From the NCBI RefSeq assembly GCF_052425735.1, contig NC_135760.1:29011074-29075073 (forward strand): a DNA stretch of 64,000 nt, written 5' to 3'. This DNA is from Oculina patagonica (lineage: Eukaryota). The position numbers were made by a program, and so were the translations under genes. Below, in pieces: positions 61,400 to 64,000 of this stretch; within the stretch, counting starts at the first letter, position 1; every line of letters starts with the position of its first letter. The notes beneath the pieces were generated by a model that was not told where the DNA came from, did no database searches, and saw only the letters and a list, made by a program, of their open reading frames with translations.

Positions 61400-62305
61400 C
61401 TGAATAGTAAAGAGCTTTAAATTGAGTCGAGACGTCAAGTAAGAAAACCCCAACAGTCAACCAGCTTTGTGATCATGTTTACAAGCCTGCAGTAGCCCTG
61501 AATGGAACACTAATTATTAAATTCAAACACTAAAAATTGGTTCAATATAGTTCAGTTGCACCAGTTCAGTTGTACCGGCTTCTAAACATATTTATAAATT
61601 TTGCCAAATAATCGAGAAAATTAAAAAATTGTATAATTTCAACTTTTGGTGTAAGTGAAGAACAGCTCCCAAAATAACCTGTTGGCTGACAACGGGACGA
61701 CAGTCATGTGCTTTCCCAAAAATGCTTTTGTTGGCTTTTTGAAGTGCACTTGTTTCTTACTTAGACTCAGGTTCCAGTAGGTACATTAATTTCACTAGTT
61801 CACATTTCAAGTATTATGCAAGTACATGCATGTATGCATTGGTTGTCACTAACAAGCCCTAGTGTGAACCCTGAGTGTTTTTATTTGTCAATCTCATACA
61901 AGTTTTAAATTATATGATAAAAATGGGTTTAACAGTAATAAAGGAAAAAATGACTTATTGTTAGGTATATACCCCCTAAATTATGACATATACTTAATTA
62001 CGGCATGTCCAATGTGTTTAATGTCAAAGTATCAGCACAAAACGTTATAAGTTGCAGGCTTGTATAGTAAGCTAAGTCACTCATAGGCAGAGATGCAATT
62101 ATATCTGCTCAAAAATATATCTATCTAAAATCACTTTGAGTTTCAAAAATTCAAATAAGTTGTTCGTCACCATAAGCATGTATCGTAATCACAAAAGGGG
62201 TGTTGTATTCAAGGGTATGCAGTTAAAAGTTAGCAGACGTTTTAAAAGTTTATATCCGCTAAAAGTTTATCACTAAAGAGAGGGTACTATCACATTTGCA
62301 CTTGC

Positions 62306-62507
62306 CTGCTGATTTTGTGGCTTGCACGTTTGTTTTCTGCCTTGCTTTTGGCTTTAGTGTCTTGTGTGTCCTGTGGTTGTCATTAGCAGTTGATTCCAAA
62401 ATAGACTCAGTGTTTTGCTCACTTCCCTTTTTTCCTACTTTTCTTTTCTTAAGGCTGGATCCTTGATTACTTTTTATCTTATGTTGATGGTTTGGATCAC
62501 TTCCATC
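62306..62507 (-). CDS. Exon B4: DGSDPNHQHKIKSNQGSSLKKRKVGKKGSEQNTESILESTANDNHRTHKTLKPKARQKTNVQATKSA
   Basis: Acceptor tgttcaaag|gat. It is a 202-nt open frame, and the only phase-compatible donor is the GC-type cagcag|GCAAGT. More 5' exons probably lie beyond the window end. Confidence 0.4.
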
Positions 62508-64000
62508 CTTTGAACAAAAAACAAAAAGTACATCTTACAATCATGAGATTTATCGAAAAATATGTAACGTTCATCATATATAATGAGCATTGGGGAAAGA
62601 TGGTAAAGAAAGATGGTTATCATAAATTATAGTTAACAAAAGCCAGGTACAGATTGCCCTCAGGGTTTGCTTGATTATGAGTGTTTTGCCTTCTTCAGGT
62701 CATTAAGTGACCAGTTCCCAGCTAGTTGGCTTGATAGCTTAGTTGGTATGCTTGCACTGCACTAGAATATCAGTGGTCATGGGTTTGCATCCCCTTCTCA
62801 ATCTGAAAGTCCAAGTTTTTCAGACTTTCTTTATATATAAATATTTAAAACAGGGAGGCCATGCCACAAATGTAGCACCTTAAGCCACAGCCTAGCAAAA
62901 CTAGTTCAAGCAATGTCTAGGAGGTTTTATAAATTCCTATCTTGTCTATCCTGTTATGCTTTAAAGATGGTTTCAGTGTTTTGGTACAAACAATATTTTT
63001 CAGAGTCATCTAATTAAGGTTTCACAGTACAAAATCGATGGCAGGAAATACAAATAACTGTCAATTTTTGAACCATTCTAATTAGTGATCGAATTCTACA
63101 ACTTGGACCTTTTACTGGCATGATGTAGTCAAGATTAGCATTTATTAAAGAGGCAGTCAATGAGTAATCAATAATGAATAATCAATGCCATATAAGATAT
63201 TAACAATTATTCGCTGAAGGCGAAGTGATGATTGTTGTGATGATTGCTTGGGGCGAATAATTGTTTAAGTATAATTTTCAGAGGTGAATATCAAGAACTG
63301 CAAAATTAGAGAAGAAAACACGAAAATAACAGACTTAATACGTGGTAAACCAGTTTTATTAATTCATCAAGTGAATCCAAAGTTTCAGTAAGCGGCAATA
63401 AAACGGGACAAAACAAGCACTATGTACTGAAAGAAAGATGGCTGGTACCTTTGCTAAATTGCTGGTGACCTTCTGAACAATTGTGTGAATCCTCTCGAAA
63501 TAAGCAGCTCCGGTCAGAAAAGAACTGAATCATGTTTGAACTTTTGGTCAATCGATCTGACTGAGTTTCACAGGGGCGAGGACGCCAAAACACTGGTTAC
63601 GATCAATTCATGCCTTGAGAAACATCCCTTGAATTTTTTTGGATTAGGAGCCTTGGTACTGAAAGAAAGATGTCTGGTACCTTTGCTAAATTGCTGGTGA
63701 CCTTCTGAACAATTGTGTGAATCCTCTCGAAATAAGCAGCTCCGGTCAGAAAAGAACTGAATCATGTTTGAACTGTTTGGTCAATCGATCTGACTGAGTT
63801 TCACATGGGTGCGAGCGATCGCTAAAACCACTGTGTTTACGATCAATTCTAATGCCTTGAGAAACATCCCTTGAAAATTTTTTTGGATTAGAAGCCTTGG
63901 TAGCTAGTCAACTTGAAAAATTCCCAATGTTTTAAACATCCAGGACTTGGAGTTATTTCTTTTAAATAAGTGAAAATTCCATTCAGCAAACACTGCCATG

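Overview
This is eukaryotic DNA, not prokaryotic: spliced, AT-rich and packed with foldback and MITE-like repeats. It is most likely from an invertebrate metazoan, possibly a cnidarian, but that is a guess from composition and gene content. I read splice sites by eye and there is no transcript evidence. The + strand at 800..6026 carries the last seven coding exons of a SNF2-family helicase that matches HELLS/LSH motif by motif. It includes one GC-AG intron; the 5' part of the gene lies upstream of the window. Positions 6.7-22 kb form a transposon nest. It contains a tandem ~850-bp satellite, several TIR-bounded non-autonomous elements nested three deep, and a 3.3-kb Foldback-like element whose terminal inverted repeats are built from ~11-bp tandem repeats. 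On the + strand at 22250..31664 is a four-exon SPT4/SUPT4H1 orthologue. Its introns 2 and 3 (5.7 and 3.1 kb) are filled with more foldback elements, a tandem 0.5-kb duplication and a tRNA-like SINE-like sequence. Converging on it from the - strand is a tentative three-exon roadblock/LAMTOR5-like small gene (32087..34204). A two-exon orphan gene encoding a low-complexity basic protein lies at 35061..35688 (-). At 40108..41268 (+) there is an intronless class-A (rhodopsin-like) GPCR of 386 aa, with a 350-bp GC-rich island about 1.1 kb upstream. On the - strand from 45963 to at least 51760 are ten phase-consistent exons of a coiled-coil protein I tentatively identify as SYCP3-like (Cor1/Xlr/SCP3 family). 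Upstream of it on the same strand (53634..62507) are nine more phase-consistent exons encoding an acidic, Ser-rich, low-complexity protein. One 162-nt exon of that gene occurs three times, two copies inside a 1.19-kb tandem duplication, one of which carries a ~295-bp MITE insertion. Exon phases are compatible with these acidic exons being the N-terminal extension of the SYCP3-like gene. I found no prokaryotic-style defence or operon system. The notable content is the density and nesting of foldback/MITE elements and the germline-flavoured gene set (HELLS, SYCP3-like).
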